Assembly: GCA_043813585.1 (NCBI GenBank)
Contig: JBDRKW010000020.1
Coordinates: 1,185-65,184 of the forward strand
Length of the DNA stretch: 64,000 nt
Source: Candidatus Kerfeldbacteria bacterium
GTDB taxonomy: Bacteria; Patescibacteriota; Patescibacteriia; UBA9570; XYC2-FULL-38-9
Direction: 5' to 3'
Under the pieces are notes generated by a model that was not told the DNA's origin, did not search any database, and saw only the letters and a list, made by a program, of their open reading frames with translations. Each line of letters opens with the position of its first letter. The stretch's first letter is position 1. A program made the position numbers and the translations under genes. Of the stretch, positions 7,242-17,167 are shown piece by piece.

Positions 7242-9285
7242 CCGCTCCATAGGAAGCGTTGTTGCTGTATGCATTTGTGCAGCAGCATTTTTTGGAATGA
7301 GCGCTTTTCCGGCTGCTGCTGCGCGGCCTGATGATGCGCCGAAAATCGTGAACTGGAATTTTTCCTGGGGGGTTGAATCCAAGGAGCAAGCCGAAGAGCT
7401 GGCGCAGTGGGACGTTTTGATTATTGATATTGAAGCTGCGCTCTATACGCCGAAGCGGCTGGAATACATCAAAGAGCTGAATCCAAATATCAAGCTGCTC
7501 GCGTATGTTTCCATATCGGATATCCGCAAGGACGCGCACACGCTGGACGCGGGAACATCTCGACGGTACCTCGGAACCATTCTCCAGGAGCACCCTGACT
7601 GGATCCTGCGCGACACCGGCGGCAACCCGGTGGAGTGGTGGCCTGGCAATTACATCTGCAACCTCTCCAACAAGGCGCCTGTGCATGACGGCGCCAGGAT
7701 CAATGACATCTTTGCGCGGTTTGTCCGCGACTGGGTCATAAAGGAAAAAATCTGGGACGGCGTGTTTATTGACAACCTCTATGAAGGCATCTCGTTTGCG
7801 GGCGCGCAAATAGACCTGGACCAGGACGGCGTGGCAGAGTCGGCAGCCGACGTGAACGCGAAATGGCGAAAAGGCGTGCGCTCGTCACTCAAGCAGATAA
7901 AAACCTACGCGCGCAACAACCGGAAGAAGTTCATCATCACCGGAAATGGCGGTGCATTGTATGACGAGCAGGTTAATGGCATCGGGCTGGAACATTTTCC
8001 AAAAACCACCTACGGCAAATGGACGAAATCCATGAAGAAATATTACTTCATCATGGAAAATGGCGTGCCGGCCCAGTACGCGTTCATCAACACAAACTCA
8101 AGTAACAAAGACGGTAGGACGCAGTACAAGAAATTCCGCTACGGACTGATGTCGTCGCTTCTTAACGACGGGTATTACAGTTTTGACAAAGGCGACCTAA
8201 GCCACGCGGAACAGTGGTGGTACGATGAATACGAAGTGTCGCTCGGCGACCCGGTCAGCGGCGCGTATAACCTGCTGCGGCCGGATGACCCGACTGCGCT
8301 GCGCAAAGGGGTGTGGCGGCGCGATTTTGAAAACGCAAGCGTGTTTGTGAACTCAACAAGCGAGAAGCAGACGATTACGCTGAACATGGGGTATGAGAAA
8401 ATCCACGGAACCCAGGCGGTAGATGTGAACTCCGGCGAAAACGTCGGTAGCATTACGATTAACGCTCATGACGGCATCATACTGCTGCGACGCCTGACGC
8501 AGGTGCGCGACGCAACGTTCATAAACGGCGCGTTCTCAAAAGTGTTCGGCTATAAGGGCCGGCAGCAGCGCAACAGCTTCTTTGCATACGACGGAAGTTT
8601 TGCCGGCGGAACGCAGATCCATAAAATTTCGCGCAACGGGAAGACGGTTGTCGCGGACAACACCTGGGTGCGGGTGTACGACAGCCGGAATAACCAGATT
8701 GCCGCCTTTGCGCCGTACGGCGACGGATACGCCGGCGGGGTGAATATCGCCGTGGGCGCGCTGTACGGCGGAAAGAAAAAATATGTCGTAACCGGGAATA
8801 AAACCGGCACAGCGTTTGTGCGCATCTGGGATTTGAAAGGGAACCTGGTCCACAGCGGCTGCGTTCCGTACGGTTCGTTTGCCGGCGGAGTGAATGTGGG
8901 CGTTGGCAACCTCAGCGGCAACAAGCAGCTGGAGATTGTAGTTGCGGCCGGCTATGGCGGCGGTCCGCACATTCGGGTACTGGATAATCATTGCAACCTG
9001 ATCAATCCGGGCTTTTTCGCGTTCCCCAGCGAATGGCGCATTGGCGTGAATATTGCGGTCGGCGACCTGGACGGAAACGGCACGGCTGAAATCATCGCGG
9101 CGCCCGGTCCGGGCGGCGGCCCGCACGTGCGCATCTTCGATAATAACGGGACGCTGTTGTCACCTGGCTTTTTCGCGTATGATGAATCTGACCGGAGCGG
9201 CGTACTCGTGACGACCGCGGATATTGACGGGGACGGGGACGACGAGATCGTGACGAACAGTTTCTCTATCTTTAACCAGCTGTAA
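7204..9285 (+). CDS. Secreted putative glycoside hydrolase (GHL15/GH114-like TIM barrel) with C-terminal FG-GAP repeats
   Basis: Signal peptide ending PAAAA; NPNIKLLAY, WDGVFIDN, WWYDEY..LGDP, GVWRRDFEN; repeats AVGDLDGNGTAEII..PGPGGGPHVRIFD. Start chosen at ATG 7204. Confidence 0.7.
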   Translation: MKQPRIAQPRNSNRSIGSVVAVCICAAAFFGMSAFPAAAARPDDAPKIVNWNFSWGVESKEQAEELAQWDVLIIDIEAALYTPKRLEYIKELNPNIKLLAYVSISDIRKDAHTLDAGTSRRYLGTILQEHPDWILRDTGGNPVEWWPGNYICNLSNKAPVHDGARINDIFARFVRDWVIKEKIWDGVFIDNLYEGISFAGAQIDLDQDGVAESAADVNAKWRKGVRSSLKQIKTYARNNRKKFIITGNGGALYDEQVNGIGLEHFPKTTYGKWTKSMKKYYFIMENGVPAQYAFINTNSSNKDGRTQYKKFRYGLMSSLLNDGYYSFDKGDLSHAEQWWYDEYEVSLGDPVSGAYNLLRPDDPTALRKGVWRRDFENASVFVNSTSEKQTITLNMGYEKIHGTQAVDVNSGENVGSITINAHDGIILLRRLTQVRDATFINGAFSKVFGYKGRQQRNSFFAYDGSFAGGTQIHKISRNGKTVVADNTWVRVYDSRNNQIAAFAPYGDGYAGGVNIAVGALYGGKKKYVVTGNKTGTAFVRIWDLKGNLVHSGCVPYGSFAGGVNVGVGNLSGNKQLEIVVAAGYGGGPHIRVLDNHCNLINPGFFAFPSEWRIGVNIAVGDLDGNGTAEIIAAPGPGGGPHVRIFDNNGTLLSPGFFAYDESDRSGVLVTTADIDGDGDDEIVTNSFSIFNQL

Positions 9286-9286
9286 T

Positions 9287-11125
9287 ATGCGCATGGAACA
9301 GCCACAACTTCCGTTCCACCACCGGCATTTCCCGCACTTCATCAAGTGGGGGAAGGCGTTCGGGTGGAAATTTGCGCACCTCTACCTGCCGTTCGTCATC
9401 CATTACATGACGGACAAGTATGAGGACAGGCGCCACCACGTTGTCATCGATACGATCTATGCCGTCATTACCTTTGTTCTTGTGGCAGCCAATATCGGGC
9501 TGGGTGTATGGTATTTGAACTATTTTACGCCGGCGGACCTCGACGTGCGCGTCTTCACTGCCGCAGAGGTCGTGAGCGGGGAGCCCACCGACGTCGTGGT
9601 TTCATATGTGAACGGCGGTCAGGTTATTGAGAATGTAAAAATCGATGTTTATCTGCCGGAGGGATTTGTTCCGGCAGCGCAAAACAACGCGCCGCTTCAT
9701 GCGGAGCTCGGAACCATGGATAAGGGTGATACGGGCCGGATAGACCTGAGCGGAGTTGTCTTTGGAAGTATCGGCAAGAGCTACGAAGTCCGCGTGCTGA
9801 CGACCTATACCTCGATCGGCCGGGAATGGCATGAGGTGACGGAGTACACCTTCATTGTGGTTGATTCTTCGCTTGTCGTGTCGGTGGAGTTTCCGGAAAC
9901 GGTCGCCTACGGCATGCCGGTGCAGGGCGTCATTACGTACAACAACAAGAGCCGCATCAGCCGCAAAGATACGCAATTTGAGTTCCGGCTGCCTTCGCAG
10001 TTTGTACTGACATCCATCACCCATAAGAAGCACGAGTTATATTATGATGCAGGAAGCAATTCCGTGAGCCTGCCGCTTATCAAGGGCAACAGCAAAGGCA
10101 CAATTCTGGTGAACGGTTATTTCCGCCAGGTCTATGGCGAAGATGAATCGGGCGACCAGTCAATTGAACTGGGTGTGTCCGTCACCAGCGGCATCGAGAG
10201 CGACCTGATAGAAACGATCGAACCGTTCTTTGAAGGCCAGAGCGGCGACAGTCTTGCAGTCGTTGAACCGCGGGTCTTTTTGGGGATGACGGGATCTTCT
10301 GCTTTGGATTTTGGCGAGACCGGGGTGTACACCGTATCTGTCCGCAACAGGGGGGATTGGGACATGGATAATGTGCAGCTTGTCGCAGACGTTATTGGTG
10401 CGGCTATGGTGCCGTCCGGTGCCACCGCAACACTGACGTCGCCTTCAGGCACGATCTACCATAGCGTGCCGTCTGCTGGTTCGCGTATTACGTTGCCGGT
10501 TATCAGTTCATTGAAGAAAGGGGAGGCGGCAACGATGACGCTTCGTATTCCAACCCAGGTTGTCGACGGGCAGCAGATAACGTCAGCCGTCACCGTTTCC
10601 GGGCAGGCGCATTCGCCGGATATTGATACGAATATTCCGATCGCGTCCGTGTCGGCAGAAACGCGCTTTAATTCAAGAACCGCATTTGCCGGCTACACAA
10701 TTTACTTTGGCCCGAACAATGAGCAGATCGGCTACGGCCCGTACCCGCCGCAGGCATGGCAGACAACAGCGCTGCGTGCGGCGTTCTCGCTGCAGAACCT
10801 GAACAACCGGCTGGAGAACGTCACCATCCGCACCACACTGCCTTCGCAGGTGGAATGGACCGGCTTCTTCAGCGTGACTGCGGGAACGACGCTGCATTGG
10901 GATCCGGCAGGCCGCACCGTTACGTGGAACATACCGGGCCTGGAACCGCAGCAGTCATCATACGGCGCCCAGTTTGAAGTCCGCTTTACGCCCAACCATG
11001 AACAGGTCGGTTTGCAGCCGTGGATCGTTGGCCAGTCGACACTCACGGCAACAGACAGCTTCACAGGGAAAGGAATTTCCCGGTATTTGGGACCAGTGGT
11101 GATTCCTGTTGCTGTAGTGGAATAA
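9287..11125 (+). CDS. Membrane-anchored beta-sandwich (DUF11/CARDB-like) surface protein
   Basis: One N-terminal TM helix followed by beta-rich Ig-like repeats (YTVSVRNRG, VTWNIPGL). Confidence 0.6.
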   Translation: MRMEQPQLPFHHRHFPHFIKWGKAFGWKFAHLYLPFVIHYMTDKYEDRRHHVVIDTIYAVITFVLVAANIGLGVWYLNYFTPADLDVRVFTAAEVVSGEPTDVVVSYVNGGQVIENVKIDVYLPEGFVPAAQNNAPLHAELGTMDKGDTGRIDLSGVVFGSIGKSYEVRVLTTYTSIGREWHEVTEYTFIVVDSSLVVSVEFPETVAYGMPVQGVITYNNKSRISRKDTQFEFRLPSQFVLTSITHKKHELYYDAGSNSVSLPLIKGNSKGTILVNGYFRQVYGEDESGDQSIELGVSVTSGIESDLIETIEPFFEGQSGDSLAVVEPRVFLGMTGSSALDFGETGVYTVSVRNRGDWDMDNVQLVADVIGAAMVPSGATATLTSPSGTIYHSVPSAGSRITLPVISSLKKGEAATMTLRIPTQVVDGQQITSAVTVSGQAHSPDIDTNIPIASVSAETRFNSRTAFAGYTIYFGPNNEQIGYGPYPPQAWQTTALRAAFSLQNLNNRLENVTIRTTLPSQVEWTGFFSVTAGTTLHWDPAGRTVTWNIPGLEPQQSSYGAQFEVRFTPNHEQVGLQPWIVGQSTLTATDSFTGKGISRYLGPVVIPVAVVE

Positions 11126-11142
11126 ACTGGGATAAAAAATAT

Positions 11143-11170
11143 AATACCGCTAATATTAGCGGTATTTTTA
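11143..11170. terminator. Perfect 24-bp palindrome, probable terminator
   Basis: AATACCGCTAATATTAGCGGTATT followed by a T tract, after the stop at 11125. Confidence 0.65.
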
Positions 11171-11226
11171 ATATTTTGAGCTCATTTTGGACTGTTTTTA
11201 TTGCACTATTGTCCCACCGGCTCCTA

Positions 11227-11255
11227 TTGACAAAAACGTGATTCTATGCTAATTT
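11227..11255 (+). promoter_or_regulatory. sigma70-type promoter
   Basis: TTGACA-17-TAATTT with TGn extended -10. Confidence 0.55.
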
Positions 11256-11347
11256 GTACGGTCTTGCTTATTGGGCAGACACTCGGGCGATGAATGCTAA
11301 AGCGCCTGAATGAACACATACACTTTATCTAACGAGAACCCACGCAT

Positions 11348-12517
11348 ATGAAAGTCGCAATGCTAGGACACAAAGGAATCCCTGCCACCTATGGTGGTGT
11401 GGAGGTCCACGTTGACCATCTCAGTCAGCGTCTTTCGGATATGGGGTACGAAGTGTTGGCCTATGCCCGTCCGTATTATGTAAAGAAGGACGTTGCAGAA
11501 CGGTTCAATAAGCAGAATAAGAATATTCGCGTTATCACGGTGCCGACCGTCAAGTCGAAGCACCTGGATACGATTGTCCATACCTTCCTGTCAACGCTGC
11601 ATGCAATGAAAGAGAACGTGGATGTGTACCACTTCCACAGCGTCGGCCCGTCGCTTCTGGCGTGGCTGCCGCGGCTGTTCCGTCCGCATGCCCGCGTTGT
11701 GTGTACGTTCCATAGCCCGGACCGTCTCCACCAGAAATGGGGAACGTTTGCCCGGACCGTACTAACTATCGGCGAACGCACCAGCCTTATCTTTGCGCAT
11801 AAGACCATCACTGTTTCACGCGACCTGCAGCGGTACTGCCGCGAGCGGTACTTTAAGCAGGCGGTCTACATTCCGAACGGCGTGGACGAGGTGCAGAACG
11901 TGAAGCCGTCGCTGATCTCTGCCGAGTACGGACTGAATGAAAAAGATTATATCGTGGTTGTCTCGCGCCTCGTGCGCCATAAAGGCATCCATTTCCTCAT
12001 CAAGGCGTTCAAGCAGCAGAATACGGAAAAGAAACTGGTGATTGTCGGCGACTCGGCCTATACGGACGATTACGTCGCTGAACTGAAACAGCTGGCCGGC
12101 AACGACTCGCGAATCATCTTCACCGGCTTCCAGTCGGGGAAGATGCTGACCGAACTGTTCTCGAATGCCTACCTGTATGTCCAGCCGTCAGAGTCCGAAG
12201 GGCTCTGCGTGGCGGTTCTGGAGGCGGGAAGCTACGGCCTGCCCGTGCTTGCCAGCGATATCCCGAGCAACGCAGAGGTTGTACTGGACCGCGGATTCAT
12301 GTTTGAAAACGCAAGCGTCCAGGACCTCTCGGAAAAGCTCGGATATGTGCTGAACCATCCGGAAGAGGCCGAAGAGGCCGGCAAGCAGCTGCGCGCGCAT
12401 GTTGCGGAAAAATACAACTGGGATCGCATCAGCAAGGAAACAACCCTTGTTTACGAAAGCGCAACCCCGAGCGTGATTGGCGCAGAAGCCGAAGAGGTGG
12501 CAGAATCAAACGCATAA
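11348..12517 (+). CDS. Glycosyltransferase family 4
   Basis: KGIPATYGGVE, IPNGV, PSESEGL..LEA. Confidence 0.9.
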   Translation: MKVAMLGHKGIPATYGGVEVHVDHLSQRLSDMGYEVLAYARPYYVKKDVAERFNKQNKNIRVITVPTVKSKHLDTIVHTFLSTLHAMKENVDVYHFHSVGPSLLAWLPRLFRPHARVVCTFHSPDRLHQKWGTFARTVLTIGERTSLIFAHKTITVSRDLQRYCRERYFKQAVYIPNGVDEVQNVKPSLISAEYGLNEKDYIVVVSRLVRHKGIHFLIKAFKQQNTEKKLVIVGDSAYTDDYVAELKQLAGNDSRIIFTGFQSGKMLTELFSNAYLYVQPSESEGLCVAVLEAGSYGLPVLASDIPSNAEVVLDRGFMFENASVQDLSEKLGYVLNHPEEAEEAGKQLRAHVAEKYNWDRISKETTLVYESATPSVIGAEAEEVAESNA

Positions 12518-12530
12518 ATAAATAGAGCGG

Positions 12531-12558
12531 ACCGTCGGTCGAAATGACCGGCGGTTTT
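12531..12558 (+). terminator. Probable terminator
   Basis: ACCGTCGGTC-GAAAT-GACCGGCGGT followed by TTT. Confidence 0.6.
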
Positions 12559-12606
12559 CGTTTACAGCAACCGGAGAATCTGGTAGAGTAATCACGATTT
12601 ACACTT

Positions 12607-13029
12607 ATGAAGAAAGCGTTTTTCCAGCTTATTCGGTTTGGCGTCGTTGGTACCGCCAACACCGCCATTGATGCCTTAGTCTATGTCGCCCTCACCCGCT
12701 CGGTCGGTTTTTTTGAGCAACACTATTTATGGGCCGCGGTCATCGCATTTATCGTTTCCGGGATAAACAGTTTTTTCTGGAACAAGAAATGGACATTCAA
12801 AGACCGGGTGAAATACACAAACAGAAAACTGCTGAAATTTTATATCGCCGCAGGCGTTGCGCTTGCCGTGAACGCCTTCTTTCTGTGGTTTTTTGTTCAG
12901 CTTGGCGTGTGGGATGTGGCGGCGAAGGTCATTGGCGGTGTTTGTGCCGGGCTCGTTAACTTCAGCCTGCAAAAATTTTGGACCTTTCCAGCAGTTGTAA
13001 AAAAGGATGAAAATAAGTATAATGATTGA
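12607..13029 (+). CDS. GtrA family flippase
   Basis: RFGVVG..NT, NSFFWNKKWTF, NFSLQKFWTF; four TM segments. Confidence 0.9.
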   Translation: MKKAFFQLIRFGVVGTANTAIDALVYVALTRSVGFFEQHYLWAAVIAFIVSGINSFFWNKKWTFKDRVKYTNRKLLKFYIAAGVALAVNAFFLWFFVQLGVWDVAAKVIGGVCAGLVNFSLQKFWTFPAVVKKDENKYND

Positions 13030-13735
13030 AGATCTTTCAATAATCATACCTGCGTACAACGAGGAGAAGCGCATCATGCCAACACTGCGCAAACTCCGCG
13101 AGTTTACTGACGAAAGCGGCATTGATACGGAGATTATCGTGGTGAATGACGGGTCGACTGACCGGACATCTGCGGTAATACGATCGCTAAACATGCCGTT
13201 GGTCCGCGTTGTGGAGCTTCCGAAAAACAGCGGCAAGTTCGCTGCGGTGAAACGCGGTTTTGAGGAAGCGGAAAAGTCGTGGGTGCTGCTGTACGACGCT
13301 GACGGTGCCGCGCCGATTTCTGCGCTTAAAACAGTGGAACCGCACACGGAAGAAGCGGAATGCGTCATCGGATCGCGTGCGATGGCTTCGTCAAAGATCA
13401 TGCAGACCCAGAAATGGTGGCGGACCGCTCTTGGCCGCATCGGAAACCGCGTTATCCGCGCGTTCACCGGACTGCCGTATGCAGACACGCAGTGCGGGTT
13501 CAAGCTCATTCGTTCTGATCTTGCCAAGCGGGCTGCCGATGTCATGTCTATTGACGGGTTTGCCGGCGATGTTGAACTGCTGCACATTATCAGGCTGCAC
13601 GGCGGGAGAGTGAGGGAAGTCGGCATCGAGTGGCACGATGTCCCGGTCAGCACGGTCACGTTTACGGATTATTTCAAGACGCTCGGAGAACTGCTTCGCA
13701 TAAAACGAAATATAAAAAAAGAAATTTACAAATAG
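13022..13735 (+). CDS. GT2 polyprenol-phosphate glycosyltransferase (DPG synthase-like)
   Basis: IIPAYNEE, VNDGSTD, DADG, DTQCGFK. Confidence 0.9.
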   Translation: MIEDLSIIIPAYNEEKRIMPTLRKLREFTDESGIDTEIIVVNDGSTDRTSAVIRSLNMPLVRVVELPKNSGKFAAVKRGFEEAEKSWVLLYDADGAAPISALKTVEPHTEEAECVIGSRAMASSKIMQTQKWWRTALGRIGNRVIRAFTGLPYADTQCGFKLIRSDLAKRAADVMSIDGFAGDVELLHIIRLHGGRVREVGIEWHDVPVSTVTFTDYFKTLGELLRIKRNIKKEIYK

Positions 13736-13738
13736 CAT

Positions 13739-14800
13739 ATGCAAACACGAGATGTCATATTTGAAAAAAGGAACGTACTTGTCATCGGAGGCGCGGGATT
13801 TATAGGGTCGCACCTGTGTGATGAGCTGATAAAGACATCAAAGGTGATCTGCCTGGACAATTATGCCAGCGGCAGCGTGGCGAACATCTCGCACATTCTG
13901 CAGAACCCGAATTTCATTTTCCTGCGCCATGATATTACGAAGCCCATTGACCTGGCGTCATTTAAAGAGCTTGAACTCTTTCAGATCAAATTCCAGGGCA
14001 TCCAGGAGGTCTATTACCTGGCGTGTCCGACCGTGCAGAAAGGATTTGAAGAATTTATGGTGGATACGGCAAAGGCAAATTCAGTCGGCGTGGTAAATGC
14101 GCTGGGCATTGCGCGCAAGTATAATGCGAAATTTTTGTTTACGTCGACGCGGTCCGTATATGGCGATCCGCTGGAAGGCCAGGACTCGTTCCAGGAAGAT
14201 TACTGGGGGTTTGTCGACGCGCTGAGCGACCGTGCGTGCTATAACGAAGGAAAGCGGTTCGCAGAAACGCTGGTGATGACGTACAACCGCACCTATAACA
14301 TGAATACGAAAATTGCGCGCATATTCAACACGTACGGGCCGCGCATGCTGCTGCAGTCCGGCCGCATGATTCCCGATTTTGTCGAAGCGGCGATTGAAAA
14401 CCAGGACCTTGAGATTTACGGAGACGGTTCTGCCGAAGACAGCTATTGTTATGTGGATGACATGATCCAGGGTATTGTCGAGCTAATGAACAGCGACGTT
14501 AACGACCCGGTTAACCTTGGCGACCCGCAGCCGTTTAAAATTATTGATATCGCAAAAAAAATCACAGAGCTGGTGGGCTCAAAATCGAATACTGTATTTG
14601 CGGAAGAGTTAACAGGCCTGGTGCGGTTCGCCCCGCCCGATATTGAGCGGGCAAAGAAGTACCTGGGATGGTTTCCGGTAACGGAGCTGGAAACAGGGTT
14701 GCAGCGCACGGTGGAAGACATGCAGGGTTCGCGCGTGCTGTCGTACCAGTCCATTAAGCAGGCGGGACAGGCAGAAGATACGCAACAGTCGGAAATATGA
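13739..14800 (+). CDS. UDP-glucuronate decarboxylase-like SDR
   Basis: GGAGFIGSHLC, LACP, CYNEGKR, RIFNTYGPRM. Confidence 0.8.
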   Translation: MQTRDVIFEKRNVLVIGGAGFIGSHLCDELIKTSKVICLDNYASGSVANISHILQNPNFIFLRHDITKPIDLASFKELELFQIKFQGIQEVYYLACPTVQKGFEEFMVDTAKANSVGVVNALGIARKYNAKFLFTSTRSVYGDPLEGQDSFQEDYWGFVDALSDRACYNEGKRFAETLVMTYNRTYNMNTKIARIFNTYGPRMLLQSGRMIPDFVEAAIENQDLEIYGDGSAEDSYCYVDDMIQGIVELMNSDVNDPVNLGDPQPFKIIDIAKKITELVGSKSNTVFAEELTGLVRFAPPDIERAKKYLGWFPVTELETGLQRTVEDMQGSRVLSYQSIKQAGQAEDTQQSEI

Positions 14801-15744
14801 ACATACTCGTTACCGGAGGGGCAGGGTTTATCGGTTCGCATCTTGTTGATGCGCTGGTCAAGAACGGATCCCACAACGTCACGGTTGTCGATGATTTGTC
14901 GTACGGGCACAAGGAGTTCCTTCCCAAGGAGGCGGCGTTCATCAAGGCAAGCATCACCAGCACGAAGATTGAAAAGATCATCGGAAAAGGCAAGTTCGAC
15001 GCAATCTACCATTGCGCCGCGCAAAAAGGGGTCCGGCCGTCGCTGGAGAACCCGTTATTTGACGCTGAACAAAATGTTATTGGATTGCTTCGTTTGATGG
15101 AAGCGGCGCACACGCACGGCGTACGATCGGTGGTATTCACCTCTTCCGGCGGAACGGTGTACGGAGACGCGGAACAGATCCCAACGCCGGAATCGGCTCC
15201 GTTGAACCCGGAAAGCCCGTATGCCATCACGAAAGTTGCCGGCGAGCAGTATTTGAAATTCTATGCAAAGCGATATCAGATGAACTGCGTTTCGCTCCGG
15301 CTGGCGAATGTGTATGGCCCGCGCCAGGACCCGAAAGGGGAAGCCGGCGTTGTGGCGATTTTCTTCAATGCAGTGTTAAACGAACAGCCGATCACTATTT
15401 TTGGCGACGGTAAGCAGACGCGCGATTATATTTACGTCGATGACGTGATCAGCGCATTTCTTGCGGTACAGGCAAAACTGGAGCAGGGTTCAGTTTCCGG
15501 CGAGTATAATGTCGGGACAGGTGTTGAAACCGACGTCAACCGGATCGCGGCAGTAGTACAGGAAGCAGTGGGCGCAACAACTGAGCTCGTGTATGCAGAC
15601 GCGGTTCCGGGCGAGATTCGCAGGAGCGCATTGCTGGCCGGTGCCTTTGCGAGCGACTTTGCGTGGAAGGCAGAAACAACAGTTGAAAACGGCGTAAAAA
15701 AAAGCTACCAATGGTTCAACGAGCAGCACACAGCCGGGAGTTGA
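14797..15744 (+). CDS. UDP-glucose 4-epimerase-like SDR
   Basis: GGAGFIGSH, SSGGTVYG, YAITK, NVYGPRQDPKGEAGVV. Confidence 0.85.
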   Translation: MNILVTGGAGFIGSHLVDALVKNGSHNVTVVDDLSYGHKEFLPKEAAFIKASITSTKIEKIIGKGKFDAIYHCAAQKGVRPSLENPLFDAEQNVIGLLRLMEAAHTHGVRSVVFTSSGGTVYGDAEQIPTPESAPLNPESPYAITKVAGEQYLKFYAKRYQMNCVSLRLANVYGPRQDPKGEAGVVAIFFNAVLNEQPITIFGDGKQTRDYIYVDDVISAFLAVQAKLEQGSVSGEYNVGTGVETDVNRIAAVVQEAVGATTELVYADAVPGEIRRSALLAGAFASDFAWKAETTVENGVKKSYQWFNEQHTAGS

Positions 15745-15854
15745 CTTTAGAGTGCAAATACAGTACCGTAATACTGCAAAAAAGGTTAAAAAATTGGGAT
15801 ATTCCCGTATTTTTTTGCGAAAAACGCGTTAGATAAAAAAATGAATATCAGGAT

Positions 15855-17162
15855 ATGAATATCGTAGTTGTAGGAACAGGATACGTCGGTCTCGTGTCAG
15901 GCACCTGCCTGTCGGAAGTGGGCAATGACGTAACATGTGTCGACATCGATGAGGAGAAAATCAGGAAATTGGAACAGGGGGAAATTCCGATTTACGAACC
16001 GGGCCTTTCGGCCATGGTTACAAGCAACGTAAAAGCTGGGAGACTTAAATTTACGTCATCTTTGGTCAGCGTATTGGATGACGCGGAAGCGGTCTTTATC
16101 GCGGTCGGTACGCCGTCGCGCGAAGACGGCCACGCTGATTTGCAGTATGTCTATGCGGTTGCCGAACAGATAGGGAAAAATATCAAGAACTACAAGGTGA
16201 TCGTCAACAAAAGCACCGTTCCGGTCGGGACGGGCGTGGAGGTTGAGGACATTATCAAGAAATATTATTCCGGAGAGTTCGACGTCGTATCGTGCCCGGA
16301 GTTTTTGCGCGAAGGGTCAGCAGTGGAAGATTTCATGAAGCCGGACCGCGTCGTGCTCGGCGTGCGGACGGACAAGGCGGCGAAAATCATGCTGGACGTC
16401 TTCCGCGGCATCCGCGGCGAGAAGCTGGTGACCACGGTGGAAAGTTCCGAGCTGATTAAATACGCATCAAACGCGTTCCTCGCGACCAAGATTTCATTTG
16501 TGAACGAGATTGCGCATATTTGCGAACGCTCTGGCGCCGACATTGAAGAAGTCGCCTACGGCGTCGGCCTGGACAAGCGCATCGGGCCGCGGTTTCTGAA
16601 GGCCGGCATCGGCTGGGGCGGTTCCTGCTTTCCAAAGGACGTCGAGGCGCTCGACCAGATGGCCGGCATATACGGGTATGACTTCAAGCTGCTCAAGGCA
16701 GTCATTGAGGTGAACAACCACCAGCGTGCTCATATGGTGGACCTGATCAAGAAGCACTTTGGCGGTTCTATCCAGGGCAAGACCATCGGCGTGCTTGGCC
16801 TGGCGTTCAAGAGCGACACGGACGATGTTCGCGAGTCGGCGGCGCTGGATATCATCAAGCTGCTGCGCAATGAAGGCGCGCACATCAAGGCGTTTGACTT
16901 TGAAGCGACAGAAACGGCAAAGAAAGTCCTTGGTAACGGCGAGATCGAATATATGCAGGACCCGTATGAAGTGACGACAGGCGCTGATGCGCTGTTGATA
17001 GCCACAGAATGGCCGCAGTTTGCCGAGTTGGACTGGGACAAGGTCAAAGCCGGTTTGAACGCTCCTGTCCTGTTTGACGGCCGCAACCTCCTGAACCCGA
17101 AACGGATGCGGGAGCAGGGCTTTACCTACTATTGCATCGGCCGGGCAAGCGGCGCGCACTAA
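15855..17162 (+). CDS. ugd: UDP-glucose 6-dehydrogenase
   Basis: GTGYVGL, KSTVPVG, PEFLREG, GGSCFPKD. Confidence 0.95.
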   Translation: MNIVVVGTGYVGLVSGTCLSEVGNDVTCVDIDEEKIRKLEQGEIPIYEPGLSAMVTSNVKAGRLKFTSSLVSVLDDAEAVFIAVGTPSREDGHADLQYVYAVAEQIGKNIKNYKVIVNKSTVPVGTGVEVEDIIKKYYSGEFDVVSCPEFLREGSAVEDFMKPDRVVLGVRTDKAAKIMLDVFRGIRGEKLVTTVESSELIKYASNAFLATKISFVNEIAHICERSGADIEEVAYGVGLDKRIGPRFLKAGIGWGGSCFPKDVEALDQMAGIYGYDFKLLKAVIEVNNHQRAHMVDLIKKHFGGSIQGKTIGVLGLAFKSDTDDVRESAALDIIKLLRNEGAHIKAFDFEATETAKKVLGNGEIEYMQDPYEVTTGADALLIATEWPQFAELDWDKVKAGLNAPVLFDGRNLLNPKRMREQGFTYYCIGRASGAH

Positions 17163-17167
17163 CCGAC

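Noticed and set aside
11256-11347. Possible riboswitch or ops/JUMPstart leader before the GT4 gene
   Set aside because: Only two weak hairpins, no GGCGGTAG, and no second copy to support structure.
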